Below are positions 1 to 12,201 of a stretch of 64,000 nucleotides of DNA, piece after piece; the first letter of the stretch is position 1; each line of letters opens with the position of its first letter. The DNA is from Nitrospirota bacterium. GTDB lineage: Bacteria > Nitrospirota > Nitrospiria > Nitrospirales > NS-4. The notes under the pieces were generated by a model, which ran no database searches, was not told the DNA's origin, and saw nothing but the letters and a program-made list of their open reading frames with translations. Both the position numbers and the translations under genes were made by a program. The stretch is taken from assembly GCA_963788195.1 (NCBI GenBank), contig CAWBGA010000013.1, forward strand, positions 288,001 through 352,000. The letters run 5' to 3'.

Positions 1-1
1 G

Positions 2-1111
2 GGCGACATCGCCGCCGCCGGTCTCACGATCACGCCGGAGCGCCGGAAACTGGTGGACTTCAGCGCGGCCGGTCTGAGCAACGTGAGCGAGGTTGTGGTG
101 TCGGGGCCCGCTTCACCGAAAGTCGCCAGCCTGGACGATCTCTCCGGCAAGGAAGTCTTCGTGCGCAAATCGTCGAGCTATTTCGAGAGCCTCGTTGCGC
201 TCAACGAAAAGTTTGCGGCCGACAAGAAACCACCGGTGATACTCAAGGAAGCGCCCGAGACGCTGGAGGACGAGGATCTGCTCGAGATGCTCAACGCCGG
301 CCTCATTTCGCTCATCATCGTTAACAAGTACCAGGCGGACTTCTGGAAGCAGATCTTCCCGCAGCTCACCGTGCACGACAACGTCGCGGTTCGCACCGGC
401 GGCGAGATCGCGTGGGCGGTTCGCAAAGGCAGCCCGCAGCTCAAGGCGAGGCTGGACGATTTTGCCGGGCGCCACAAGGTCGGGACCTCGACCGGCAACC
501 AACTCCTGACGCGCTACCTGAAGAACGTCAAATACGTGAAGAATGCGGCATCCGAGGAGGAGCGCAAGAAGTTCCTGGCCCTCATCCAGTATTTCCAGAA
601 ATACGGCGACCAGTACGACGTGGACTGGCTGCTGATGGGAGCGCAGGCCTATCAGGAGTCGCAGCTCAACCATAATGCAAAAAGCTCGGTGGGCGCGATC
701 GGGGTCATGCAGGTGATGCCCGCCACCGGCAAGGAAATGAAGGTGGGAGACATCACCGACATCGAGGCGAACATCCACGCCGGCATCAAGTACATGCGCT
801 TCATGATTGACCGGTACTACGAGAAGGAACCGATGACGAAGCTGGACAAGGCCCTGTTTGCGTTCGCCTCGTACAACGCGGGCCCCGCCCGCATCAGGCA
901 ACTCCGGCAGGAGGCCGCCAAGCGCGGACTCGATCCCAACGTCTGGTTCCAGAACGTGGAATATATCGCGGCCGAGAAGATCGGCCAGGAAACGGTGACC
1001 TACGTCAGCAACATCTACAAGTACTACATTGCCTACCGCCTGGTTCTGGAGAGCCGGGCTTCCACGAAGGAAGCTGTCGAGAAGATCAGGGGTGGCAGCA
1101 AATCACAATGA
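2..1111 (+). CDS. MltF-like lytic transglycosylase (substrate-binding domain + SLT domain), 5'-truncated by window edge
   Basis: Frame open from base 2 (GDIAAAGLTITPERRKLVDF, SBP family 3 motif); SLT motifs AQAYQES, GAIGVMQV and ASYNAGP. Confidence 0.88.
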   Translation, partial: GDIAAAGLTITPERRKLVDFSAAGLSNVSEVVVSGPASPKVASLDDLSGKEVFVRKSSSYFESLVALNEKFAADKKPPVILKEAPETLEDEDLLEMLNAGLISLIIVNKYQADFWKQIFPQLTVHDNVAVRTGGEIAWAVRKGSPQLKARLDDFAGRHKVGTSTGNQLLTRYLKNVKYVKNAASEEERKKFLALIQYFQKYGDQYDVDWLLMGAQAYQESQLNHNAKSSVGAIGVMQVMPATGKEMKVGDITDIEANIHAGIKYMRFMIDRYYEKEPMTKLDKALFAFASYNAGPARIRQLRQEAAKRGLDPNVWFQNVEYIAAEKIGQETVTYVSNIYKYYIAYRLVLESRASTKEAVEKIRGGSKSQ

Positions 1112-1119
1112 ACGAGATG

Positions 1120-2126
1120 ATGAAAACCATCCGCACCCGAAACCTCATCGCCGCCGCGCTCTTGTCGCGCTGGCTGTCACGACGACCGTCGCGCAGTCCG
1201 CCGACCCGCTGCCGTCGTGGAACGACGGCGCGGCGAAGAAGTCCATCGTGGAATTCGTGGCGAAGGTCACGAAGGAAGGCTCGCCGGACTTCGTCCCGCC
1301 CGCCGAGCGCATCGCGACGTTCGACAACGACGGCACGCTGTGGGCCGAGCAGCCGATGTACTTTCAATTCGCTGTTCGCGCTCGACCGCGTCAAGGCGCT
1401 CGCACCGCAGCATCCCGAATGGAAGGACAAGGAGCCGTTCGCCTCGCTGCTCAAAGGCGACTGAAAGGCGCGCTCGCCGGCGGCGAACCGGCCATCGTTC
1501 GAGATCGTCATGGCGACGCACACCGGCATGACGACCGAAGAGTTCGAGAAGATCGTGAAGGACTGGCTCGCCACGGCGAAGCATCCGAAGACCAAGCGGC
1601 CCTACACCGAGATGGTCTATCAGCCGATGCTCGAGCTGCTCGCCTACCTGCGCGCGAACGGCTTCAAGACGTTCATCGTCTCCGGCGGCGGCATCGAGTT
1701 CATGCGCCCGTGGACGGAGAAGGTCTACGGCATCCCGCCCGAGCAGGTCGTCGGCAGCAGCGGCAAGACTCAAGTTCGAGATGCGCGACGGCAAGCCCGT
1801 GCTCGTGAGGCTGCCCGAACTCAACTTCATCGACGACAAGGCCGGCAAGCCCGTCGGCATCCAGCAGCACATCGGCCGCCGCCCGATCCTCGCCTTCGGC
1901 AACTCCGACGGCGATCTGCAGATGCTCCAGTGGACGGCTGCCGGCAGCGGGCCGCGCTTCATGGGCTCTGCGTCCACCACACCGACGCCGAGCGCGAGTG
2001 GGCCTACGATCGCACGTCGTCACATCGGCAAGCTCGACAAGGGCCTCGGACGAAGCGCAGACGAAAGGCTGGACGGTCGTCGACATGAAGAACGACTGGA
2101 AACGGGTGTTCGCGTTCGAGAAGTAA
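1120..2126 (+). CDS. Exported HAD-family hydrolase/phosphatase, copy 1 (split by several indels)
   Basis: HAD motif I FDNDGTLW, IVSGGG and AFGNSDGD found across frames; signal-peptide-like N-terminus; closely matches 17027-18021. Confidence 0.85.
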
Positions 2127-2143
2127 CCGGTCAGGAGAACAAG

Positions 2144-2534
2144 TCAGATGAGTTCGACCTGTGCGTGATGCCCGGGAGCCGAGGCAAAGGCCGCATCGCG
2201 CGTGAGCAATGGCGCAGCAAGGGCTTCCGCCAGGGCGATGTAGGCTGCGTCGTAGGCCGTGACATTGTGACGCAGCTCCCAGATTCTGGGGAGCAACAGA
2301 TCATGCGGATAACGGGTCAGGGGGAAGTCCGCGAGGTCTTCAAGCGCCTGGAGGCCTCGCGTTGGATTGAGTTCGCCTGCCAGGGCGTAGCGGCGAAGGA
2401 CTTGCGCAACTTCGAGATCAGCAGGAGTGGTGTGTGAAGGGTCTCGTTCTTGGTGAACAGCCGACGGGCGACCAGAGATCCGGCGGATGTGTTGAGAAGC
2501 ATTCGAGCAGGGCAGACGCGTCAACGACGATCAC
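2144..2534 (-). CDS. vapC: VapC PIN-domain toxin, copy 1 (frameshifted)
   Basis: C-terminal RHNVTAYDAAYIALAEAL..PLLTRD; homologous to intact 16325-16717; GTGA overlap with antitoxin stop. Confidence 0.85.
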
Positions 2535-2761
2535 CGGCGCTCTCGCTCGGCTCTGACGGCTCTGGCCGGCGGAACCGTGGGCGTCACCGCGGTCCGATGA
2601 GCCAGGCGGTCTCTCAGCTCGGCCACTGTGGGGCGTTCGGCGACGCGCCGGACCTCTTGAAGAAGGTAGTCGGACAATGAGAGCCCCGAGAGGGCCGCTC
2701 GGGCCTTCAGCTTCCTGTGGAGGTCTTCCGGAACGTGACGGAGTTGGATCATCTTGGACAT
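2531..2761 (-). CDS. FitA/VapB-like ribbon-helix-helix antitoxin, copy 1
   Basis: MSKMIQLRHVPEDLHRKLKARAALSGLSLSDYLL RHH pattern; 76 aa; directly upstream of and overlapping vapC. Confidence 0.85.
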   Translation of the reverse strand: MSKMIQLRHVPEDLHRKLKARAALSGLSLSDYLLQEVRRVAERPTVAELRDRLAHRTAVTPTVPPARAVRAERERR

Positions 2762-2767
2762 GTGCTC

Positions 2768-2796
2768 AGCGTACTTGCATGTCATACACATGTCAA
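2768..2796 (-). promoter_or_regulatory. sigma70 promoter of TA operon, copy 1
   Basis: Minus strand TTGACA-17 bp-TACGCT, ending 6 nt before the ATG; conserved in copy 2. Confidence 0.7.
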
Positions 2797-2843
2797 TAGG
2801 CACGACCGTGACCTCTTTCGTTCCTGCAGATAAGAACACGACG

Positions 2844-3249
2844 ATGAAAACCAACACCTGTTCATTGCGACCGCGGTGGTTGAGGTAGGGGCTGGCCTGG
2901 CGCTGTTGCTATTGCCGCCGCTCCTGGCGTCGGTGCTGCTCGGCGCATCCCTCGACACGCCCAGCGGATTGGTCGTGGCTCGTATTGCGGGGGCGGCGCT
3001 CCTCTCACTGGGCGTCGCTTGTTGGCTCGCGCACTACGACGAGAAGAGCTGTGCCGCGAGAGGGTTGGTCACCGCGATGTTGTTCTACAACGCTGCTGCC
3101 GTCGCGGTCCTCGGTTATGCCGGCGTTGGTTTGGGGCTGTCTGGTGTCGGCCTTTGGCCGGCAGTTCTGCTTCACACAGTCCTCGCGGTGTGGTGCATCG
3201 TGAGCCTTCGATCAAGCGGGTGAACGTGGTGACGGAAAGCAGTCAATGA
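2844..3249 (+). CDS. Small multi-pass membrane protein, copy 1 (indels near both ends)
   Basis: About four hydrophobic segments ([49 protein letters not shown]); paralog at 18018-18419. Confidence 0.7.
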
Positions 3250-4401
3250 GCAAAGCCGGACCAGCGAGCAAGCCTCAATCCGCACGCAAGGCCTGGATGT
3301 GGGTGGGCGCTGCCGTGCTGGTTTGCGCCGGCGCGGTCTGGTGGTATTACGCCTCGGCCAGTCCGCGCCACTCGGCACCCAATACGATGTCTGCCATGCC
3401 CGGCGCGCCGCCTCGTCTCAATCCAACGCCGCCTCCCGGTCCGGCGCCGGCAGGGATGGTCTGGATTCCCGGCGGGGAATTCTCCATGGGCGCGCAAGAT
3501 CCACCCGGCATGGATGAGGTCGGGATGAAAGGCACGACAGATTCGCGGCCGATCCATCGCGTGTATGTCGATGGCTTCTGGATGGACACGACCGAAGTCA
3601 CCAACGAGCAGTTCGAGAAATTCGTGAAAGCCACCGGCTATGTCACCGTCGCCGAGCGCACGCCGCGCGCGAAGATTTTCCCGGCGCGCCGCCTGAGAAT
3701 CTCGTGGCCGGCTCGGTCGTCTTCACGCCGCCCGATCATCCGGTGCCGCTCGACAATCATTTCCAATGGTGGACGTACGTGAAGGGCGCGAACTGGCGTC
3801 ATCCCGATCGGGCCCGGACAGCGACATCGAAGGCCGCGAGCAACTATCCCGTCGTGCATGTCGCCTACGAGGACGCGGTGGCCTACGCGAAGTGGGCGGG
3901 CAAGCGGCTGCCGACCGAAGCGGAATGGGAGTTCGCGGCGCGCGGCGGCCTGACCGGCAAGCTCTATCCGTGGGGCGACGAATTCATGCCCGGACGGCAA
4001 GTGGATGGCGAACATCTATCAGGGACATTTTCCCGATCACGACACGGGCGAGGACGGCTTCGCGGCATCGCGCCGGTCGCGCAGTTCCCGCCGAACGGCT
4101 ACGGCCTGTACGACGTGGCCGGCAACGTCTGGGAATGGGTCAGCGACTGGTATCGGCCCGACTACTACGCGCAGCTCGCGCTGCGGGCGGCGTCGCGCGC
4201 AACCCGCAGGGCCCGGACACGCCGTTCGATCCGAGCGAGCCCGGCGAGAAGAAGCGCGTGCATCGCGGCGGGTCGTTTCTCTGCACGGATCAGTATTGCT
4301 CGCGCTACATGGTCGGCACGCGCGGCAAAGGCGAGGTTAGCACCGGCACCAACCATCTGGGTTTCCGTTGCGTGCAATCCGCATCGGTGGCCGGCCACTA
4401 G
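3246..4401 (+). CDS. Formylglycine-generating enzyme (SUMF1/FGE family), copy 1, N-terminal TM anchor (split by indels)
   Basis: MVWIPGGEFSMG, EVTNEQF, RLPTEAEWEFAARGG, GNVWEW, RGGSFLCTDQYCSRY...NHLGFRC. Confidence 0.92.
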
Positions 4402-4444
4402 AACAGTCGTCATTCATGAGCAATCAACAAAAGGAGGACGAATC

Positions 4445-6065
<1,621 letters not shown>

Positions 6066-6121
6066 AGGGATGACCTTCATGGGGGCGGTGGAACTAATGG
6101 GCTAACTGACTGGAGCAGACA

Positions 6122-8581
6122 ATGAAACGAACCATACTGACAACTCTTGCGCTAGCCTCCGGGCTTGGCATGCTCACGGCGCTGACGGCGGCGCCGGTCG
6201 CCGCTCAGGGCGCCGCCCCTGTACAGGTGGTGCTGCCGACCGACCGTACGGTGCTGCCGATTCCGGAGCCGACGTTTAAGCCGATCACTACGTTGGACGC
6301 CCGCGATGCGAAAGCGCCGCCGCGCTTCGAGGTGAAGGCCCCTAAAGATGCGCCCAATGTCGTGATCGTGCTGATTGATGACATCGGCTTCGGCCACAGC
6401 AGCGCCTTCGGCGGGCCTATCCGCATGCCTGTGCTGGACAAGCTGGCGAACGGCGGCCTGAAGTATAACCGCTTCCACACCACCGCGCTGTGCAGCCCCA
6501 CCCGCACGGCCCTGCTGACAGGCCACAACCACCATGCGAACAATGCCGGGGCGATCATGGAACTCGCCACGGCATTCCCCGGTAACACCGGCGTACGCCC
6601 CAAGAGCATTACACCGCTGGCCGAGATTCTGCGCCAGAACGGCTACAGCACGGCCGCCTTTGGCAAATACCACGAGACCCCGCCGTGGGAGGTTTCGGTT
6701 TCCGGTCCCGTATGACCTCTGGCCGACGGGTTCCGGCTTCGACAAATTCTACGGCTTCATCGGCGGCGAGACCAACCAGTGGGCGCCGGCGATCTTCGAT
6801 GGAGTCACGCGCGTAGAGCAGAAGCAGACACCCGACTATCATTTCACCGGCGAGATGACCGATCAGGCGATCAACTGGGTCAGCGCCCAGCAGGCGCTCA
6901 CGCCCGACAAGCCGTTCTACATGTATTTTTCCACGGGGGCCACCCACGCCCCGCACCACGTGCCCAAGGAGTGGATCGCCAAATACAAGGGCGAGTTCAG
7001 CGGTGGCTGGGACAAGCTGCGCGAAGAGACTTTCGCCCGCCAGAAGAAGCTGGGCGTGATCCCCGCCGATGCCAAGCTCACGGAGCGACCCAAGGAGATC
7101 CCCGCGTGGGACGGCATGAGCGCCGACGCAAAAGCGGCTCTTCGAGCGCCAGATGGAAACCTTCGCCGGGTTCGCCGAGCACACCGACCATGAGGTCGGC
7201 CGGCTTAGTCGGCGCAGTTGGAAGTCCATCGGCGAGTTGGACAACACGCTCTTCTTCTACATCGTGGGCGACAACGGCGCGAGCGCCGAAGGCGGACCGG
7301 AAGGCACCTACAACGAGATGATGGCCCTGAACGGCATCGTGGGCAAAGCCGACCAGATGATGGGGCACATCGATGCGTGGGGTGATGCCGACGACGTTCC
7401 CGCATTTCGCCATCGGCTGGGCTTGGGCGGGTAATACGCCCTTCCAGTGGACCAAACAGGTGGCCAGCCACTTCGGCGGCACGCGCAACGGCATGGTGCT
7501 CCATTGGCCCAAAGGGGTGAAAGCCAAGGGCGAGGTCCGCAGCCAGTTCCACCACGTGATAGATGTGGCTCCCACCGTGCTCGAGGCCGCGAAACATCCC
7601 ACGGCCCAAGATGGTGAACGGCATCAAGCAGCGGCCCATGGACGGCGTCTCGATGCTGTACTCCGCCGACAACGCCAAGGCCGCCGATCGGCGTAAGACT
7701 CAGTACTTCGAGATGTTCGGCAACCGCGGTATCTATCATGAGGGCTGGGTGGCGTGCACTCGGCCACTCGATTCCGTGGCTGGCGACCGAAGCTTCCGGC
7801 GCTGAAGGACGACGAATGGGAGCTCTACAAAGTGGATGAGGACTTCAGCCAGGGGAACGATCTCGCCAAAAAGAATCCCGCCAGGCTCAAGGAGATAAGG
7901 CCGTGTTCATGAAGGAGGCCGATTCAGGAACAATGTGCTACCCATTGACGATCGCCGCTTCGAGCGCTTCAACCCGGCCCTCGCAGGGCGGCCCGACATC
8001 ATGGGCGGGCGCAAGTCGCTGACGGTTTACCCCGGTATGACGGGCATGCTGGAGAATGCCTTCATCAATGTGAAGGGCGTGCATCACACCATCACCGCGG
8101 AGGTGGAGTTGAAGGACGAAAAGACGGAAGGCGTGATTATCGCCCAGGCCGGCTACTTCGGTGGATGGGTCAATTAAATGAAGGACGGAAGCCGCACAAC
8201 GAATACACATTTCGCCCTTGAACGCACGAACATCGCGGGCACACGGCATGCGCCCGGGCAAACACACGAACTCCTACGAGGGCATCCCCGATGCGGTCAA
8301 GCCCGGCACCGGTCAGGTCGATTCTGAGCGTCGATGGCAAAAAAGTTGCCGAAGGGCAAATCCCCAAGACCCAGCCTTTCGGCTTCTCTGCGGATGAAGG
8401 TGCGGACGTTGGCGTGGACGGGGAGACGAACGTTTCTCCTGACTACAAGCAGGGTAACAACACCTTCACCGGCAAGATCGCCAAGGTGACGATCGAGCTG
8501 AAGGAGATGAAGGCTGCTGACACGCAGGAGGCGGAGAAATCCCACCGGGAAGCCGCGCTGAAGAAAGGCCTGTCCGACTAA
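6122..8581 (+). CDS. Large exported arylsulfatase with CSPTR motif, copy 1 (many indels, especially 7700-8330)
   Basis: [49 protein letters not shown]; paralog at 24780-27247. Confidence 0.9.
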
Positions 8582-8697
8582 TGCATTATTGCAGAAATCG
8601 CGGGGCAGCGCGGACTACCGCCCGCTGTCCCGCTCCTTGCTAAGGAGGGGGTAGGCGTAAGGTCCGAAGTTCAGTTCGACAAATTAAGGAGGCAAGT

Positions 8698-9135
8698 ATG
8701 ATGAAACGACTTTTTCCCCTTGTGATTCTTGCGGTTTTCTTTTGTGCAGGCCTTGTCCTGGCTGCCGAGTCGCCGGTCGGCAAATGGAACACGATTGATG
8801 AAAAGACCGGCAAGGTCACGTCCGAAGTGGAAATGTACGAGCAGGGCGGCAAGCTTTTCGGCAAGATCACGAGTTTGCCTGAACCAAACGACGCACAGGG
8901 CAAACCGAAGATCTGCACCCCCTGCACGGGCGCCGACAAAGACAAACCTGTCGTTGGACTGGTCATTATCAAGGACCTCAGCCTGAAAGGAGATCGCTAC
9001 AAGGACGGGACGCTCCTGGACCCCGATGACGGCAAGATCTACAAAGGAGAAGTCTGGCTTGAGGGTGACAAGCTGAAGGTTCGCGGCTATCTCGGACTCT
9101 TCTACAGAACGCAGACATGGGTCAGGGCCAAATGA
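8698..9135 (+). CDS. DUF2147 domain periplasmic protein
   Basis: Signal peptide; SPVGKWNTID, CTPC, GTLLDPDDGKIY, LKVRGYLG..RTQTW. Confidence 0.85.
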   Translation: MMKRLFPLVILAVFFCAGLVLAAESPVGKWNTIDEKTGKVTSEVEMYEQGGKLFGKITSLPEPNDAQGKPKICTPCTGADKDKPVVGLVIIKDLSLKGDRYKDGTLLDPDDGKIYKGEVWLEGDKLKVRGYLGLFYRTQTWVRAK

Positions 9136-9315
9136 GAAGACGACGCGCCTGAGGTGAAGGCAGGTGGACGTCGAACTGAACGACGCCATCTACCTGGTGA
9201 TGCGTTTGTATTGGCCGAAGACGGAGTGTCCTTCCATTCTGCCTGCCGGCGAAAGTTCCTGGAATCCGCCTGCGGTGAAGCGGGCGCAGTGAATACCGTG
9301 AAGAAGGAGGTGTGT

Positions 9316-10032
9316 ATGAAACGCGCTTCAACGGCAACAGTCATCTCGTGTCTGTTCGCCATGGTCGTGGCCGCCGGGTCTGCCTCAGCCAAGGTCAGCG
9401 ACCGCGAGCAACTCGTAACCGGGAAGCTCCCGCGGCCCGATCACATCCTGGTGTACAACTTCGCCGCCACGGCCGCCGATGTTGCGGCCGAGTCCGCCCT
9501 GGCCGGTCAACCGGACTTGGACACCACGCCCCAAACCGCCGAACAGATCGCGGAAGGACGAAAGCTGGGCGCTCAAATTGCGGCGGAGCTGGTCGAGCAG
9601 ATCCGTGGCATGAGACTGCCCGCCGAGCGGGCTTCGACGGGAACAAAACCGCAGATCAACGACATTGTGATTCGAGGCTCTCTCCTCTCCATCCAAGAGG
9701 GCAGTGCCGCCAAGCGCGTCGGAATCGGATTCGGCTCCGGGGCGTCCGAGTTGAAAACGGCGGTGGAAGGCTTCCAGATGACGGCTCAAGGACTGCGCAA
9801 ACTCGGATCCGGCACCGTCGATGCCGGCGGAGGTAAAGCCCCGGGCGCCGCCTTGGGGGTTGTCGGCCTCGCTGCCACCGGCAACCCGGCGGGACTCATC
9901 ATCAGCAGTGGGATGAAAGTGTATGGAGAGAAAAGCGGCAGCAGCAAGGTTGAGGGCAGGGGCAAGCAGACCGCCAAGGAAATTGCCGGCGTGCTCAAGC
10001 AGCGGTTTCAGGAACAGGGCTGGATCAATTGA
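9316..10032 (+). CDS. DUF4410-like exported protein
   Basis: GGAGG RBS; PDHILVYNF, EGSAAKRVGIGFGSGAS and glycine-rich segment typical of the family. Confidence 0.65.
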   Translation: MKRASTATVISCLFAMVVAAGSASAKVSDREQLVTGKLPRPDHILVYNFAATAADVAAESALAGQPDLDTTPQTAEQIAEGRKLGAQIAAELVEQIRGMRLPAERASTGTKPQINDIVIRGSLLSIQEGSAAKRVGIGFGSGASELKTAVEGFQMTAQGLRKLGSGTVDAGGGKAPGAALGVVGLAATGNPAGLIISSGMKVYGEKSGSSKVEGRGKQTAKEIAGVLKQRFQEQGWIN

Positions 10033-10097
10033 ATGGGATACGAGCCTGGAAGACTTCAACGCATAGAGCGCTGGGAACCATCAGCGACTTTGACGAC

Positions 10098-10113
10098 CTG
10101 TCAATTTTGACAG
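10098..10113. promoter_or_regulatory. Perfect 7-2-7 palindrome CTGTCAA-TT-TTGACAG, putative response-regulator site
   Basis: Intergenic, upstream of the channel/pqi genes; related copies at 14555, 15032 and 32224. Confidence 0.55.
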
Positions 10114-10210
10114 TATCCATTCTGCCGGCGGCGCGTTGATAATGCTCCGCGCATATCCATTACGTCTCGGCGGCTTAAGTCTCATCAACGGGCACTCCTG
10201 AAGGCGTGAG

Positions 10211-10891
10211 ATGATTGCGAGGAAATTCAACATCGGTGCCGTCACAAGCTTCTGGACCCCGGATCGGAACCTGAGCGTATTTCTGGGGACACTGGTTGTT
10301 GCCGTATTCATCCTGTCTCCCCTCGGGATCACGCTGCTCACCAGCATAGGGTTTTCGCTTCTCCTCATTTCAGGCGTCATGGCCGTTGCCGACAGCCGAG
10401 CCATGATCGTTTTTATGGTGGGCAGCGGCGCCGCGGCTCTCGTCGCCCATTGGGTCCAACATCTCGTTCAGAGTCCCGGACTGGCGTTGTTGGATGCGCT
10501 CTCCTCGATGTGGTTTTTCGGGTTATTGGCCGGCCTGATCCTCATAGAGACCTTTAAAAAAGGACCGATCACTGTGCATCGGATCCAAGGCGCAATCTCC
10601 GTTTATCTGCTGTTGGGCTTGATCTGGGCCTTTGCCTATGACATGGTCGCCCTCCACTTTCCCGGGTCATTCCAATCGGAGGAACTGAAGGTGCATCATG
10701 GCATCCTCACGCCCATCTTCATCTACTTCAGCTTTACGACCCTGACGACGGCCGGGTACGGCGATATCACCCCGGTCCATCCAATCGCACGCTCGCTCGC
10801 GATGCTTGAGGCGCTGACAGGGCAACTGTTTCCAGCCATCCTTCTTGGCAGGCTGGTGGCGATGGAACTGCAGTATAAACAGTTGCGATAG
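10211..10891 (+). CDS. Potassium channel family protein (Ion_trans_2 pore)
   Basis: YFSFTTLTTAGYGDITP pore/selectivity filter; multiple TM helices. Confidence 0.85.
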   Translation: MIARKFNIGAVTSFWTPDRNLSVFLGTLVVAVFILSPLGITLLTSIGFSLLLISGVMAVADSRAMIVFMVGSGAAALVAHWVQHLVQSPGLALLDALSSMWFFGLLAGLILIETFKKGPITVHRIQGAISVYLLLGLIWAFAYDMVALHFPGSFQSEELKVHHGILTPIFIYFSFTTLTTAGYGDITPVHPIARSLAMLEALTGQLFPAILLGRLVAMELQYKQLR

Positions 10892-10915
10892 GAGATCGTT
10901 TAGGCCAGGAGAATT

Positions 10916-11578
10916 GTGATTAGCTCGACTTCAGCTTTCATCGCGTGCCATGAATGCGACCTGTTGCAGCGGAGGATCACCCTTCCTCCAGGGGGCGCCG
11001 CGTGCTGTATACGCTGCGGTGCGGCTCTCTACCGCAACAAGCCTGACAGTCTCGACTACACGCTCGCGTTCACGCTCACGGCCGCCGTCCTGCTGATCGT
11101 GGCCAATCTGTTCCCCGTGGTCGGACTCGAGGCACAGGGTAACCGGACCTCGACGACACTATTCGGCACGGTGCGCACGCTTTACGACGACGGGATGCGG
11201 AGCGTGGCGGCGCTCGTCTTTGTCACGACGATCCTGATGCCGCTGCTCGACGTCGGGGCAATGCTCTACATGCTGTTGCCCCTCAAGCTCGGGTGGGTCC
11301 CGAAGGGACTGCCGGCCATGTTCCGTCTTGTCCAGACGGTGCGGCCGTGGGGCATGGTCGAGGTGTTCATGCTCGGAACCCTCGTGTCGCTCGCCAAGCT
11401 CGCGCACATTGCCCATGTCCAGCCTGGGATCGCGCTATGGTCCTTCGGCGTGCTGATGTTCATGGTCGCGGCCGCCGCGGCATCTTTTGACGCCGATGAT
11501 CTCTGGGCCCGCGTAGAGGCGACCGGGCGACGGCCGCGCTTCGCCCCCGTGGCCGAGAGAGCGGAGGAGGCACGATGA
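10916..11578 (+). CDS. pqiA: Paraquat-inducible protein A, N-terminal half
   Basis: ACHECDLL...CIRCGAAL; PWGMVEVFMLGTLVSLAKL. Confidence 0.9.
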   Translation: MISSTSAFIACHECDLLQRRITLPPGGAACCIRCGAALYRNKPDSLDYTLAFTLTAAVLLIVANLFPVVGLEAQGNRTSTTLFGTVRTLYDDGMRSVAALVFVTTILMPLLDVGAMLYMLLPLKLGWVPKGLPAMFRLVQTVRPWGMVEVFMLGTLVSLAKLAHIAHVQPGIALWSFGVLMFMVAAAAASFDADDLWARVEATGRRPRFAPVAERAEEAR

Positions 11579-12201
11579 CCGCGATGACGGCTGCCGAAGC
11601 GGGGCTGCTCCTCTGCCACACCTGCCATCAGCTCAACCGGCCGTCCGGAGGGGGGCACGACCTGGTGTGCACGCGGTGCGGCGCGAGCCTGCACGTGCGC
11701 AAGCCCGACAGCATCACGCGCGCATGGGCGTTCCTTATCGCCGCCTGCGTCCTGTTCATCCCGGCGAACGTCCTGCCCGTCATGGAAACCGGCTCCCTCT
11801 TCGGCGCGCAGAGTGATACCATCATGAGCGGCGTTGTGTATCTCTGGACGTCGGGCTCGTGGCCCCTGGCGGTGATTATCTTCATCGCGAGCATCATGGT
11901 GCCGGGCTCGAAGTTAGTCGCGATGTTTTTCCTGCTCGTCTCGGCGCAGCGCCGCTCCACCTGGAGGCCGCTGGAGCGCACCCGGCTGTACCGGGTCGTG
12001 GAACTCGTCGGCCGCTGGTCCATGGTGGATATCTACGTCGCGGCGATCCTCACCGCGCTTGTCCAGTTCAAGGCGCTGGCGACGATCAGGGCCGGGCCGG
12101 GGGCGATCGCCTTCGGAGCGGTGGTGGTGCTCACGATGTTTGCGGCGGAGTGTTTTGACCCACGCCTCATTTGGGATCCGCTGAGGAAGACTGATGGCTA
12201 A
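11575..12201 (+). CDS. pqiA: Paraquat-inducible protein A, C-terminal half
   Basis: CHTC..CTRCGASLHVRKPDS; GRWSMVDIYV; FDPRLIWD. Confidence 0.9.
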   Translation: MTAMTAAEAGLLLCHTCHQLNRPSGGGHDLVCTRCGASLHVRKPDSITRAWAFLIAACVLFIPANVLPVMETGSLFGAQSDTIMSGVVYLWTSGSWPLAVIIFIASIMVPGSKLVAMFFLLVSAQRRSTWRPLERTRLYRVVELVGRWSMVDIYVAAILTALVQFKALATIRAGPGAIAFGAVVVLTMFAAECFDPRLIWDPLRKTDG

